A DNA stretch of 61,647 bases from Lentisphaeria bacterium UBA1776 (GCA_002314605.1 DCGO01000095.1:1-61647), one strand, 5' to 3'. Numbered from the stretch's first letter, positions 30,739 to 40,579 are shown. Made by a program: numbers and translations. Notes: generated by a model not told the origin, from the sequence alone.

Positions 30739-31812
30739 ATGATTGAGATGGCGGATCTTCTGCAGTTTTGCGTGGACGAGGGGGCAAGCGACCTGCATAT
30801 TGAGGTGGGGGCGCCTCCCAGCGTCCGGTTGCACGGGGATATTACCCAGCTTGAACTGCCGCCGCTGACGCCGGAGGATTCGGAGCATCTCCTGAAATCC
30901 ATTGCTTCGGATGCCCATCTGCAGCAGATCCAGGCGGAGGGAACTGCGGACTTCGGGGTCGGGTTCGGGGATCAGGCCCGGTTCCGTGTCAGCGCTTTCC
31001 GGCAGAAAGGCTGCTTCGGGATCATTCTGCGCCAGATCCCAAACCAGCTGCTGACCTTTGAACAGCTCGGGCTGCCCGGCGCGGTAAAGGATCTCCTGTG
31101 GCGGCCCCGGGGGCTGGTGCTGGTGACCGGTCCCACCGGATCCGGCAAATCCACCACACTGGCCAGCATGATCAATATCATCAATACCGAGCGGGCCTGC
31201 AACATCATTACCATTGAGGACCCCATTGAATTCTACCACCAGCACAAAAAAAGTCTGGTCATGCAGCGGGAGGTGGGGGTGGATACCACCAGTTTTTCCG
31301 AAGCGCTGCGCCGGGCGCTGCGTCAGGACCCGGATGTGATTCTGGTGGGGGAAATGCGGGATATTGAGACGATCGGCGCAGCGGTTTCAGCGGCGGAAAC
31401 AGGACACCTGGTGTTCGGCACGCTGCACACCACCGGTGCGGCCCGGACGGTGGACCGGATCGTGGATGCCTTCCCGACCAATCAGCAGGAGCAGATCCGC
31501 ACCCAGCTGGCCAGTTCGCTGGTGGGGGTCATTTCCCAGCAGCTTCTGAAACGCTGCGACAAATCCGGCCGGGTCGCCGCCTTTGAGATCATGGTGAACA
31601 CGCCGTCCATTCAGGCGCTGATCCGGGACAACAAGACCTTCCGGATCACCTCGGAACTGCAGACCGGGGCCAAATTCGGGATGAACACCATGGATTCCCA
31701 CCTTGTGGAACTTTTCCGGGCGGGAAAGATCGATTATCCGGAAATGATTACCCACGCCCAGGACCAGGATGCCGTAATTGAGAAACTCCGGGCCGAAGGG
31801 GATCTGAAGTAA
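30739..31812 (+). CDS. pilT: PilT-type retraction ATPase
   Basis: 357 aa with no N-terminal T2SSE_N domain. Has [62 protein letters not shown] and [17 protein letters not shown]. Confidence 0.9.
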   Translation: MIEMADLLQFCVDEGASDLHIEVGAPPSVRLHGDITQLELPPLTPEDSEHLLKSIASDAHLQQIQAEGTADFGVGFGDQARFRVSAFRQKGCFGIILRQIPNQLLTFEQLGLPGAVKDLLWRPRGLVLVTGPTGSGKSTTLASMINIINTERACNIITIEDPIEFYHQHKKSLVMQREVGVDTTSFSEALRRALRQDPDVILVGEMRDIETIGAAVSAAETGHLVFGTLHTTGAARTVDRIVDAFPTNQQEQIRTQLASSLVGVISQQLLKRCDKSGRVAAFEIMVNTPSIQALIRDNKTFRITSELQTGAKFGMNTMDSHLVELFRAGKIDYPEMITHAQDQDAVIEKLRAEGDLK

Positions 31813-31833
31813 CACAGGAAAGGAGCCTCGCAA

Positions 31834-33090
31834 ATGCCTCATTATCTTTATACAGCCGTGAATGCTTCCGGCAAGGAGCAGAAGGGCAAGATCCAGGCGG
31901 CCAGTCCGGAGGAAGCAGCCGAGCTTCTGAAGAAACAGCAGCTCTTCATCACCTCCATCAAGGACGCTGATGCCAAAAAAAACGCCCCCGCCGCCAAAAA
32001 AGGCAAGGCCAAGGGCGGTGCCATGAACATTTCTCTGGGGGCCCCCGTCATCAAGAAAAAGGAGCTGGTGGTGCTGACCCGGCAGCTGGCGACATTGCTG
32101 GATGCGGGACTGCCCCTTATCCGTTCACTGCGGACACTGGAGCGGCAGGCCAAAAACCCCGTTGTGGCCAAGGTTCTCAATTCAGCGGCGGAAACCGTGG
32201 AAGGCGGCGCCACTTTTGCCGAAGCGCTGGCCAAGCACCCGAAATCCTTCGATAAACTCTATCTCAACATGATCCGTGCCGGAGAGGCGTCGGGTGCCAT
32301 GGAAGTCATTCTGAACCGTCTGGCGACCTTCATGGAAAAAGCCTCCAAGATCGCCGGCAAAGTCAAGTCCGCCATGATCTACCCGGCGGTGGTGCTCTCC
32401 ATCGCCGGTCTGGTCACCGCCGGTTTGATGGTATTCATCGTGCCGAACTTCCAGAAGATCTTCGGTGAACTCCTTGGTCCGAAGGAACCCATGCCGGCCA
32501 TTACCCAGCTGGTCATGAATACCAGTAAGCTCATGAAGGAGCAGGGGTGGATCTTTCTGGTGGCCGGTGCGGTTATCATCGTGCTGTACAAAATCGTCAA
32601 CAGCAATAAATACGGCAAGTGGGGCATCGACTGGGTCAAGTACAATATGCCGCTTTTCGGGCCTTTGATTTCGCGGACGGCCATTTCCCAGTTTGCCCGT
32701 ACCCTGGGCACGCTGATGAGTTCCGGCGTGCCGGTGCTGAATGCGCTTATCATTGTCCGGGATACCGCCGGCAATGAGGTGGTGACCACCGCCATTCAGA
32801 AAGTCCACGATGCGGTGAAGGAAGGTGAAGGCATTGCCGGCCCCCTGGGTGCCACCGGAATCTTTCCCGCCATGGTGATCAGTATGGTGGAAGTCGGCGA
32901 AGAGACAGGTAAGCTTCCCGACATGCTTGACCGTATTGCCGATACCTACGATGAAGAAGTTGACAATGCTGTGGGAGCCCTGACAAGTATGATCGAACCC
33001 CTGATGATCGTGGGACTGGCAGTGGTCGTGGGTACCATCGTTGTGGCGCTCTTCCTCCCGCTGACCAAGCTGATCGAAAAACTGGGTTGA
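31834..33090 (+). CDS. GspF/PilC-family inner-membrane platform protein
   Basis: 418 aa with two repeated T2SSF-type modules (..LATLLDAGLPLIRSL.. and ..LGTLMSSGVPVLNAL..) and three TM segments. Confidence 0.9.
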   Translation: MPHYLYTAVNASGKEQKGKIQAASPEEAAELLKKQQLFITSIKDADAKKNAPAAKKGKAKGGAMNISLGAPVIKKKELVVLTRQLATLLDAGLPLIRSLRTLERQAKNPVVAKVLNSAAETVEGGATFAEALAKHPKSFDKLYLNMIRAGEASGAMEVILNRLATFMEKASKIAGKVKSAMIYPAVVLSIAGLVTAGLMVFIVPNFQKIFGELLGPKEPMPAITQLVMNTSKLMKEQGWIFLVAGAVIIVLYKIVNSNKYGKWGIDWVKYNMPLFGPLISRTAISQFARTLGTLMSSGVPVLNALIIVRDTAGNEVVTTAIQKVHDAVKEGEGIAGPLGATGIFPAMVISMVEVGEETGKLPDMLDRIADTYDEEVDNAVGALTSMIEPLMIVGLAVVVGTIVVALFLPLTKLIEKLG

Positions 33091-33091
33091 T

Positions 33092-33826
33092 ATGCAGCTT
33101 CTGAATGTCGGGAACACCCGGATCACGGCGGCGGAATATGAAGGGGAGATCATCCGCAATATCCGCAGTACACTGACCCGGGATTACCGGATCCCTGAGG
33201 GGGACGAGCTGATTCTGGCGGCCTCGGTGGTTCCGAAATTTTCGGACCGGCTGGTCCGGCGGGGCAATGTCTTTCTCCTGCAGAACATTCATGCCGCCGC
33301 CTGCGGGCTGGATCTTTCCGCCGTGGATGCTTCCACATTGGGGGCGGACCGGCTGGCCAATGCCATTGAACTGGTCTGTCAGGCAAAACTTCCCGCCATG
33401 ACCATTGATCTGGGAACCGCCATCAACTGCGAAATCGTGGATCGGAATGGTTTTTTCCGCGGCGGCGCCATTGCCCCGGGGCGGCGGATGATGCTCCAGA
33501 GTCTGTATGGAGGAACGGCGCAGCTGCCGGAGCTTTCCGTCCGGCAGGAACTGCGGGAAATGCCCGGGACCAACACCCGGGAAACGATTTTCTTCGGCGT
33601 GGATCAGGCTGTGGCGGGAATGATCCGCCGCTGGATCGGGTGCGTGGCGGAAATGCTTCACGAAATGCCCCGGGTGGTGGCGATTGGCGGAGATGCCCCG
33701 CTCTACATTCCCCTGATTCCGGAACTGGAATCCGGCGGAGAGGATTTTACCCTCCGCGGGCTTCTCCGGGGCTGGGACCGGTCGCTGCCCGGACTGGCGC
33801 ACCGGACCGGCGGTGAGGTCAAATGA
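33092..33826 (+). CDS. coaX: type III pantothenate kinase
   Basis: 244 aa. Has LLNVGNTRI, GADRLANAI, IDLGTAINCEIV, GGAIAPG and GTAQLPE. The start is 1 nt after the platform-gene stop. Confidence 0.85.
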   Translation: MQLLNVGNTRITAAEYEGEIIRNIRSTLTRDYRIPEGDELILAASVVPKFSDRLVRRGNVFLLQNIHAAACGLDLSAVDASTLGADRLANAIELVCQAKLPAMTIDLGTAINCEIVDRNGFFRGGAIAPGRRMMLQSLYGGTAQLPELSVRQELREMPGTNTRETIFFGVDQAVAGMIRRWIGCVAEMLHEMPRVVAIGGDAPLYIPLIPELESGGEDFTLRGLLRGWDRSLPGLAHRTGGEVK

Positions 33827-34479
33827 GCGTTCTTCGCGGATTTTTGTATGCGCTTCTCCTGGCAGTCGTTCCGGCGGCAGCGGGAAAGGAGGCTCTGCCG
33901 GTAACCCGCAGTGTATGTCTGGTGAAAGGCGGGAACGGCAGCGGCTCCGGGTTCTTTGCCGCATTTGACGGGCAAAGCGTTTTCATCACCAACAACCATG
34001 TTCTGCTGGGGCTGAAGGATCCGAAAATCGTGGACATCAATGGAAGGGAGTACCCCTTTGACAAAGTCTATGCCTCTCCGGACCGGGATCTGGCGGTGGT
34101 GCTTCTCCGCAGGGAGAACAGTGCCGACATGCCGGATCTGCAGATCCATTCCCGTCCGGATATGCTCAAGCTGAATACCGGAGCGGCCGCCTACGGCAAC
34201 AGTCTGGGAGACGGGGTGGTGGTCAGAGCGCCCGGGAGGTTTCTCGGTATCGGACCGGAAGTGATCGAGGTGGATGCGCCCTTTGTTTCCGGAAACAGTG
34301 GAGGCCCCGTGCTGGAGGAGAGCTCCGGAAAGGTCATCGGGGTGGCGACCTACTGCAGGATCCTGCGTTCCGGTAACGCCACCACCATAGGATCCCGGTT
34401 TTCCTCCGGGAAATACAATACGGCGATCCGGCGTTTTGCCACCCGGCTGGACGGACTGAAACTGAAAGATTTCCAGTAG
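33823..34479 (+). CDS. secreted trypsin-like (S1-family) serine protease
   Basis: 218 aa with a signal peptide (FLYALLLAVVPAAAG). The catalytic triad context is TNNHVL, DRDLAVV and GNSGGPVL. The ATG overlaps the coaX stop (ATGA). The ORF ends at a TAG that is in frame with the next ORF. Confidence 0.8.
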   Translation: MSVLRGFLYALLLAVVPAAAGKEALPVTRSVCLVKGGNGSGSGFFAAFDGQSVFITNNHVLLGLKDPKIVDINGREYPFDKVYASPDRDLAVVLLRRENSADMPDLQIHSRPDMLKLNTGAAAYGNSLGDGVVVRAPGRFLGIGPEVIEVDAPFVSGNSGGPVLEESSGKVIGVATYCRILRSGNATTIGSRFSSGKYNTAIRRFATRLDGLKLKDFQ

Positions 34480-34569
34480 GTCACTCTCCTTGATATCCGG
34501 CAGGATCAGGTTGCGGCAGAGCCCATCAGCCGTGCCCATCGTGAGGTCCTGCAGCTGACCGGTCAGCCG

Positions 34570-35559
34570 ATGACGGAGCGGATCTTCGTCCGCCGTCTCA
34601 GTGAGATCCTCAGCAGAAATCCCGTTTGGAACATGCCGCTGAAATGGCATACGGAGTATCTCCGCAAAGATACCCTTGACAAGCTCAAACTCCTGATCAT
34701 GCTCCGGAACATGCTGGAACCGGAACGGAAAACCGCTCTCCCCGAAAATCCGGATGTGGAAAATTCCATCCGCAGAATCTGGCAGAAATATCTGCCGGAA
34801 ACCACCTTCAGGACGGTTTCTCCGGCAAACCGGAAGTGTTTTTTCTGCAATGGATTCGGCAAGATCCGCCAGAATGTTCAGGAAACCGGAAATTCCCGGC
34901 GCAGACTGCAGAGTTCTTTCCGCATGGTGCCCTGTTCCCTGTGCGGAGCTTCCGGCAAAACGGCGGCTCCGCCTTGTGAGATCGCCGTGCCTCCGGCGGG
35001 ATTCCATCAGGAATTGGGAAAGGTGCTGAAAGTTGAACCTCATAAAATCGGTCCTTTCCGGCTGGGAGAGGACTGCGGAAATTTTCCGCCGTTTTACAGT
35101 TCAAGATCCCGCCGGATTTTGCGGACGGGGGTCTATTCCGTCTGTCGCTTTGCCGGCAACCATGCCATCCGCAATGCAGTGGAGACCCGTTTCTGGCTGG
35201 TGGGGAAAAAACTGCTCCGGATCGATGTGATCCTTCCTGTCACAGATGCCCGGCAGATCGCCGACACCAGAGCCAATCTCCGGGTCGAATTTGCCGATTT
35301 CACCCATGCATCCTCCCGGACAGTGCTGTTAATGAGGTGTGCGGACCTTCTGCGTATTCAATTTTCCCCAGGGATGCTGCGGAATCTGAATGCCTCTTTC
35401 CAGAACGATCTTTTCGGACTCTACTGTCCGGAAATACCGGGAATTTCCGCGCAGGCCCCCGCCACAGGGAAACGGCTGCTGGCGGTGATTTTCCAGCACC
35501 AGGCATGGGAAGGGTGCATGGGACTCCGGCGGCAGATAAACAGGGGATATGTCTTCTGA
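34570..35559 (+). CDS. hypothetical protein with DnaJ-type CxxCxGxG zinc-finger pair
   Basis: 329-aa ORF containing CFFCNGFG and CSLCGASG. No other family recognised. It is in the same frame as the preceding protease ORF, and only the TAG at 34477-34479 separates them. Confidence 0.5.
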   Translation: MTERIFVRRLSEILSRNPVWNMPLKWHTEYLRKDTLDKLKLLIMLRNMLEPERKTALPENPDVENSIRRIWQKYLPETTFRTVSPANRKCFFCNGFGKIRQNVQETGNSRRRLQSSFRMVPCSLCGASGKTAAPPCEIAVPPAGFHQELGKVLKVEPHKIGPFRLGEDCGNFPPFYSSRSRRILRTGVYSVCRFAGNHAIRNAVETRFWLVGKKLLRIDVILPVTDARQIADTRANLRVEFADFTHASSRTVLLMRCADLLRIQFSPGMLRNLNASFQNDLFGLYCPEIPGISAQAPATGKRLLAVIFQHQAWEGCMGLRRQINRGYVF

Positions 35560-35565
35560 CCGGCA

Positions 35566-36369
35566 TCACACCGGCGGCTGCCGGTGATGAACCTTGAAAT
35601 AAAGTTTGCGGGCGGTGCGTTCCACGTCGCGCCAGAACCGGCGGTGCTGATGCAGGGCTTTGCCGAGACCGGTCATTTCATATTCCCGGACAAACCGCAG
35701 AAGATCCCGGGAACTCAGCCCGGCATCCATGCTGGAAAAATACAGTCCGGCCACATCTTTCACCAGATACCGGTAAGGCACCTCAGACCGGATCTGGGCC
35801 CGGTGAAGGTCAATGACGAAAAGCTGCGGCACCGGAGAATTGACCGTGTCCTTCTTCAGAAGATAGTGACAGATGTAACAGTCCCGGTGATTGACACCTC
35901 CCCGGTGCATGATGCCGGTCATACTGCCAAGCTGCCGGATGACGGCACAGCGCCGGGAATAGGGAAGGGCCCTTTCTCCGGTGAATCCGGCCAGATCCTC
36001 CAGACTGATGACCCCGGTCAATTCTTCGGTGATGAGGAAGGATTCCCGGCCCGCCGGGTTCCAGCGGCGCACTCCGCAGCCTGCCGCAGTCATGGTATCC
36101 ACCCCCAGAGCTTCCAGTTTCCGGATGGCCCGGTATTCATTGCCGGCATCGGTAACCGGTTTTTTCCCCTGCAGAACATCCTTCAGATATTCCTTCCAGC
36201 CGATTCCCCGGTGAAGTTTTGCGAAGTACCCCTTGCCATGGATCTCGAACCGGAGGGTCCGGCGGCTCTTCACCTCTCTGTATGACGGCCCGGAAAGGGC
36301 AAAGGCCGCCTCAAAGGGATCTTTGCCCCGCCACAGTTCCTCCAATTCCGGCGAAAGAAAAAGCATCAT
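35566..36369 (-). CDS. waaP: LPS core heptose(I) kinase
   Basis: 267 aa from ATG 36369. Has LWRGKDPFEAAF, RRTLRFEIHGKGYFAKLHRG, SFLITEELTGVISLED, GVNHRDCYICHYLL, VIDLHRAQIR and AGLYFSSM, which closely resembles enterobacterial WaaP as I remember it. Confidence 0.85.
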   Translation of the reverse strand: MMLFLSPELEELWRGKDPFEAAFALSGPSYREVKSRRTLRFEIHGKGYFAKLHRGIGWKEYLKDVLQGKKPVTDAGNEYRAIRKLEALGVDTMTAAGCGVRRWNPAGRESFLITEELTGVISLEDLAGFTGERALPYSRRCAVIRQLGSMTGIMHRGGVNHRDCYICHYLLKKDTVNSPVPQLFVIDLHRAQIRSEVPYRYLVKDVAGLYFSSMDAGLSSRDLLRFVREYEMTGLGKALHQHRRFWRDVERTARKLYFKVHHRQPPV

Positions 36370-37502
36370 GATTCCTGTTCCTGTTTTCCGCCGTTTCCGG
36401 CAAGAGATTCTTCCATGATATCCGCCACGGCTTCCGCCCGGCGGTAAAGGTCCGCGGAAACACCGTACCGGAGCGCCCGTGAGCGACACTCCGGCAGTGC
36501 CTCCAGAAATTTTTTCAGCAGAAGATTCCACGACTGCTGATCAAACGGTTCCTCAAGCACCATCCCGCCGGCGGACCGGACCAGCGGCGCGTAGCCGCAG
36601 ACACCGGATGCGATGACCGGAAGTCCTGCGGCGGAAGCTTCCGCCAGAACATTGCCGGCGGCTTCCCTGCGTGCCGGGTGGGCCATGCCGTCGGCGGCAA
36701 AAAGCAGGTCCGGCACATCGTCCCGGGGCCCGGCAAAATGAACACGGTCCGACACATGGAGCGCTTCGGCAAGTTTTTTGAAATACCGTTTTTTTTCCCG
36801 TCCGGCCACCAGAAGATGCACGTTTTCCGGCAGATCCGGCCAGGCGGAGATATTCCGGTCCACGCCCTTGGTCCGGAACCCGGAACCGATCTCCAGCAGC
36901 AGCACGGCATTTTCCGGAATGCCAAATTCCTTTCGGATCCTCTTCCGGGCACGGGCCGTGATCTCCGGATCATCCGGACGGCGGCAGGCCGGGGAGATCC
37001 CTGGGGGAAGGAGCCGGAACCGGCAGTCCTGCGTGTGATAAACGGCCTGATATTCCCGCTGCTGTCTCGCGGTAAGAGCAAGGATCCGGGTCCGGGAAAG
37101 CGGAGAAAAGACCGCTTCCTCCATTCGGGAATAAATCCGGATCCGGGGCAGCAGAAATTTTTTCAGCCGTCCGCCCGGATGGTCCATTGCAAAACAGCTG
37201 TCGGCGGCAAAATACATGTCCAGTCCGGCCATGCGATTGAATCCCAGCACCAGATCCGGCCGAAGGTCCTCCATCCGGCGGCGGAAACGCTCCTGAAAGA
37301 GCCATGCCCCCCGGTGGTTGGACACCGCCCGGCAGGGGATCTGCTGCAGATCAATATTTTCCGGCACCGGGCCCTCCCAGCCGGAACAGCAGACACTGAT
37401 CCGGTGTCCCCGCCTCCGGCACTCTTCGAGGATCCGGAGAAAATCCGTCTGCAGTCCGCCATGGGGAAAATAGCGGAAGAGCGTCAGAACAAAATGAGCC
37501 AT
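36366..37502 (-). CDS. waaG: LPS core glucosyltransferase I (GT4 family)
   Basis: 378 aa from ATG 37502. Has LFRYFPHGGLQTDFLRI, MAGLDMYFAADSCF, LLEIGSGFRTKGVDRNI, REAAGNVLAEASAAGLPVIASGVCGYA and EEPF. The stop overlaps the waaP start. Confidence 0.85.
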   Translation of the reverse strand: MAHFVLTLFRYFPHGGLQTDFLRILEECRRRGHRISVCCSGWEGPVPENIDLQQIPCRAVSNHRGAWLFQERFRRRMEDLRPDLVLGFNRMAGLDMYFAADSCFAMDHPGGRLKKFLLPRIRIYSRMEEAVFSPLSRTRILALTARQQREYQAVYHTQDCRFRLLPPGISPACRRPDDPEITARARKRIRKEFGIPENAVLLLEIGSGFRTKGVDRNISAWPDLPENVHLLVAGREKKRYFKKLAEALHVSDRVHFAGPRDDVPDLLFAADGMAHPARREAAGNVLAEASAAGLPVIASGVCGYAPLVRSAGGMVLEEPFDQQSWNLLLKKFLEALPECRSRALRYGVSADLYRRAEAVADIMEESLAGNGGKQEQES

Positions 37503-37698
37503 GGAATTCCTCCGGAAGGTGGCAATTCTTCTGCAAAAAAATAGCACATTTGGAAAAAAATACCAGCCGAAGCGGAAAAAAAACGAAAAAAATAAAATTT
37601 GCTGTGGAAATTTCTCCGATTTGCAGTACATTACACGTCAGGAAAGTTATCCAACAGGACAGGGGGAAAGTCCTCCGCAAAATCATGGAGAGTCAAAA

Positions 37699-38283
37699 AT
37701 GAGTTTCTGGCACAAAGTTTCAGGTGGATTTACCGCTGCATGCGTTTTGGCGGTTCTGGCGTCCGGCTGCGTGGACAACAGCATTCCGGATGATATGCCG
37801 TCTCTGCCGCCGGCCCAGGCGGACAGCGCGGGACTTGCCGGAGGTGCCTCAGATCTCTCCAAGGGCGGCGCCTGGGGCGATGGAGCAAATGCGGCCAGTC
37901 TGGGCAAAAACGGAGAGTGGACTCCGGTTGATCCCGGCAACAACCTCGGATTTCCCATCGTCTATTTCGGGTTTGATACGGATGAGCTGGCTCCCGGCGA
38001 GACGGCCAAACTGGACAAGGTTGTCGGTTACCTCACCAATCAGGCATCTCTCGGACTGATCATCGAGGGGCACTGCGACCAGCGCGGTACCGAAGAGTAC
38101 AACCGGGCACTGGGAGACCGCCGGGCCAATTCCATCCGGTCGTATCTCGTGAATGCCGGCATCGCCGACAGCCGGATCAAGACGGTGAGCTACGGCGCCG
38201 ACCGGCCGGCCAAGGACGGCACCGGAGAGGCGGTCTGGAGCAAGAACCGCCGCGGCGTTCTGGTCCCGGCACGAATGCGCTGA
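37699..38283 (+). CDS. pal: peptidoglycan-associated lipoprotein (OmpA-family)
   Basis: 194 aa from ATG 37699 with lipobox LAVLASGC. The OmpA-like block reads VYFGFDTDEL......IIEGHCDQRGTEEYNRALGDRRANSIRSYL...SYGADRP. Confidence 0.88.
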   Translation: MSFWHKVSGGFTAACVLAVLASGCVDNSIPDDMPSLPPAQADSAGLAGGASDLSKGGAWGDGANAASLGKNGEWTPVDPGNNLGFPIVYFGFDTDELAPGETAKLDKVVGYLTNQASLGLIIEGHCDQRGTEEYNRALGDRRANSIRSYLVNAGIADSRIKTVSYGADRPAKDGTGEAVWSKNRRGVLVPARMR

Positions 38284-38323
38284 ATATTTTGACTGCAAGC
38301 GCATAACACAAGCGATGATGAAC

Positions 38324-38375
38324 TGCCGTCCGGTGCCATTCAGTGCAGCGGGCGGCGGTTTGCATGAAGACGGCA
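38324..38375 (+). other. imperfect extended hairpin in the metK 5' leader
   Basis: TGCCGTC (38324-38330) pairs with GACGGCA (38369-38375). An inner helix pairs TTCA(G)TGCA (38339-38347) with TGCATGAA (38361-38368), with one bulged G. No U-tract follows. Confidence 0.25.
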
Positions 38376-38400
38376 CAGCCCATTGCGGAAAGAAGTTATT

Positions 38401-39594
38401 ATGAGCAAAATCAAAGCAACTCATGTGTTTACCTCCGAGTCGGTGTCCGAGGGACACCCGGACAAAATCTGTGACCAGATCTCCGATGCGATCCTGGATG
38501 CGTGTCTTGTGCAGGATCCGGAAAGCCGGGTGGCCTGCGAAACGCTGTGTACCACCAATCTGGTGGTGATTTCGGGAGAGATCACCACCAAGGCCAAAGT
38601 CAACTGGCAGGAGGTCGCTCTGGATACCATCCGGGAGATCGGTTATACGGAACCCGGCCTCGGATTTTCCGTGGATGATGTGAAAGTCATGGTATGTATC
38701 CACCGGCAGTCACCGGATATTTCCCAGGGGGTGACGGCAGGGGCAGGCAGGTTCAAGGAACAGGGAGCCGGGGATCAGGGGATGATGTTCGGCTACGCCA
38801 GCAGCGAAACGACGGAGCTGATGCCCGCGCCCATCCTTTACGCGCACAAGATTGTGGAGGAACTGGCCCGTCTGCGCAAAACGGAACCGGAGAAATACGC
38901 TTATCTGCGGCCGGATGCCAAAAGTCAGGTCTCCATCCGTTACACAGACGGCAGACCGGTTGGCGTGGAGACCATTGTGCTCTCCCACCAGCATACGCCG
39001 GATGCCGATATGCAGGTGCTGGAGAAACTGGTGAAACGGGTGGTGAAAAAGGTCATTCCACCTGAACTCCTGTCCGGCAAGGTGAAATATTACGTCAATC
39101 CCACCGGGCGCTTCGAACTTGGCGGACCCGCCGGGGATACGGGGCTGACCGGACGGAAGATCATTGTGGACACTTACGGCGGCGTGGGTTCCCACGGCGG
39201 CGGCGCCTTTTCCGGCAAGGATCCCAGCAAAGTGGATCGTTCGGCGGCTTACATGTGCCGGTATATCGCCAAGAATATCGTGGCGGCCAAACTGGCGGAC
39301 AAGTGTGAAGTTCAGGTGGCCTACGCCATCGGCGTGGCGGACCCCCTGTCGGTGAATGTGGATACTTACGGTACCGGAAAACTCAAGGATGACGCCGAAC
39401 TTGAAAAGATCATCCGCAAGGTGTTCAATCTGAAGCCGGCGGAAATCATCCGGCAGCTGGGATTGAAAAAACCGGGAAAGACCTGGTGTTATCATGATTC
39501 CGCCCGTTACGGACATTTCGGCCGTGCGCAGTTCCCTTGGGAAAAGTGCGACAAGGTCAAGGTCCTGCAGACGGCGGCAAAGTCCGTCAAATGA
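38401..39594 (+). CDS. metK: S-adenosylmethionine synthetase
   Basis: 397 aa from ATG 38401. Has [57 protein letters not shown]. Confidence 0.97.
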   Translation: MSKIKATHVFTSESVSEGHPDKICDQISDAILDACLVQDPESRVACETLCTTNLVVISGEITTKAKVNWQEVALDTIREIGYTEPGLGFSVDDVKVMVCIHRQSPDISQGVTAGAGRFKEQGAGDQGMMFGYASSETTELMPAPILYAHKIVEELARLRKTEPEKYAYLRPDAKSQVSIRYTDGRPVGVETIVLSHQHTPDADMQVLEKLVKRVVKKVIPPELLSGKVKYYVNPTGRFELGGPAGDTGLTGRKIIVDTYGGVGSHGGGAFSGKDPSKVDRSAAYMCRYIAKNIVAAKLADKCEVQVAYAIGVADPLSVNVDTYGTGKLKDDAELEKIIRKVFNLKPAEIIRQLGLKKPGKTWCYHDSARYGHFGRAQFPWEKCDKVKVLQTAAKSVK

Positions 39595-40577
39595 ACCGGC
39601 CCCGGATTCTCGGTATCGGCAGTGCGCTTATTGATACGCTCCTGCCGGTGGATGACGCATTTCTCGCAAATCATGTTCCCGGCGGCAAGGGCGGCATGGT
39701 CTGTGCATCCCGTACAGAGCAGGACCGCTGGATCGGTCTCGCCGGCAGGGAGCCGGTCCGGGCGGCCGGAGGAGCGGCCGACAATACGTTGATGGCGCTG
39801 GGACACCTGGGGGCGGACACCGTTCTTTTCGCCAAAATCGGTCATGATCCGGATGGGGAATTTTACCGCAGGAAACTCCTGGAATCCAATGTGGAGCCGC
39901 GTCTTGTTATGAGCGGGAGTTCCGGCACGGGGCGGTGTCTTGAACTGGTGACGCCGGACGGGGAACGCACCATGCGCACCTGCCTCGGAGCATCCGGTGA
40001 ACTGACCCCGGAAGAGGCGGACAGGATTGATTTTTCCGGATTCGGGCTGGTTTATTTTGCCGGGTATCTCTTTTCCAACATGCCCGTTCTGGAGAAGATT
40101 CTCGATAAGGCCCGGCGGGCAAAATGTCTGGTCGCCATGGATCTGGCCAGTTTCGAGGTCATGGAGACATTCCGAAAAGAGGTCCTGCAGGCTTTGAAGT
40201 GTGATATTGACATGGTTTTCGGCAACGAAGAAGAAACATCCGTGCTGACCGGGCCCGGCAAAAGTGCCGAAGCCATGGCGCTGGAACTTGGGAAACTCTG
40301 TAAAGTGGCCGCCGTCAAGAGGGGGCCGCAGGGCTCCTGTGTCTCCGTGGACGGCCGCCTTACGGTGGAAAAAATCACGCCGGTTCACGCCGTGGACACC
40401 ACTGCGGCGGGGGACAACTGGGCGGCGGGGTTTCTGTACGGCTGCATGCTGGGCAAAACGGATGCCGTCTCGGCCCGGATGGGGTCCATGGTTTCCGCCG
40501 AAGTCGTGCAGGTCTATGGTTCGGAAATGCCGGAAACAACGTGGGAAAAATTACGTGCGAAAATAGGAGAGCTTTAG
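39591..40577 (+). CDS. PfkB-family carbohydrate/nucleoside kinase (likely adenosine kinase)
   Basis: 328 aa from ATG 39591, which overlaps the metK stop (ATGA). Has GIGSALIDT and the C-terminal PfkB signature [16 protein letters not shown]. The adenosine kinase role is inferred from its position between metK and ahcY. Confidence 0.7.
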   Translation: MNRPRILGIGSALIDTLLPVDDAFLANHVPGGKGGMVCASRTEQDRWIGLAGREPVRAAGGAADNTLMALGHLGADTVLFAKIGHDPDGEFYRRKLLESNVEPRLVMSGSSGTGRCLELVTPDGERTMRTCLGASGELTPEEADRIDFSGFGLVYFAGYLFSNMPVLEKILDKARRAKCLVAMDLASFEVMETFRKEVLQALKCDIDMVFGNEEETSVLTGPGKSAEAMALELGKLCKVAAVKRGPQGSCVSVDGRLTVEKITPVHAVDTTAAGDNWAAGFLYGCMLGKTDAVSARMGSMVSAEVVQVYGSEMPETTWEKLRAKIGEL

Positions 40578-40579
40578 CC

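Noticed and set aside
34477-34479. Reassignment of TAG (pyrrolysine or alternative genetic code) as the explanation for the in-frame stop
   Set aside because: TAG terminates dut, def, rdgC and the zinc-ribbon ORF at family-appropriate C-termini in this same window. No pyl genes are seen.
38284-38400. Calling the metK leader a specific SAM riboswitch class
   Set aside because: I cannot match the conserved cores of the SAM-I, SAM-II, SAM-V or SAM/SAH motifs from memory. Only a generic hairpin is demonstrable, so it is reported as an unclassified structured leader.
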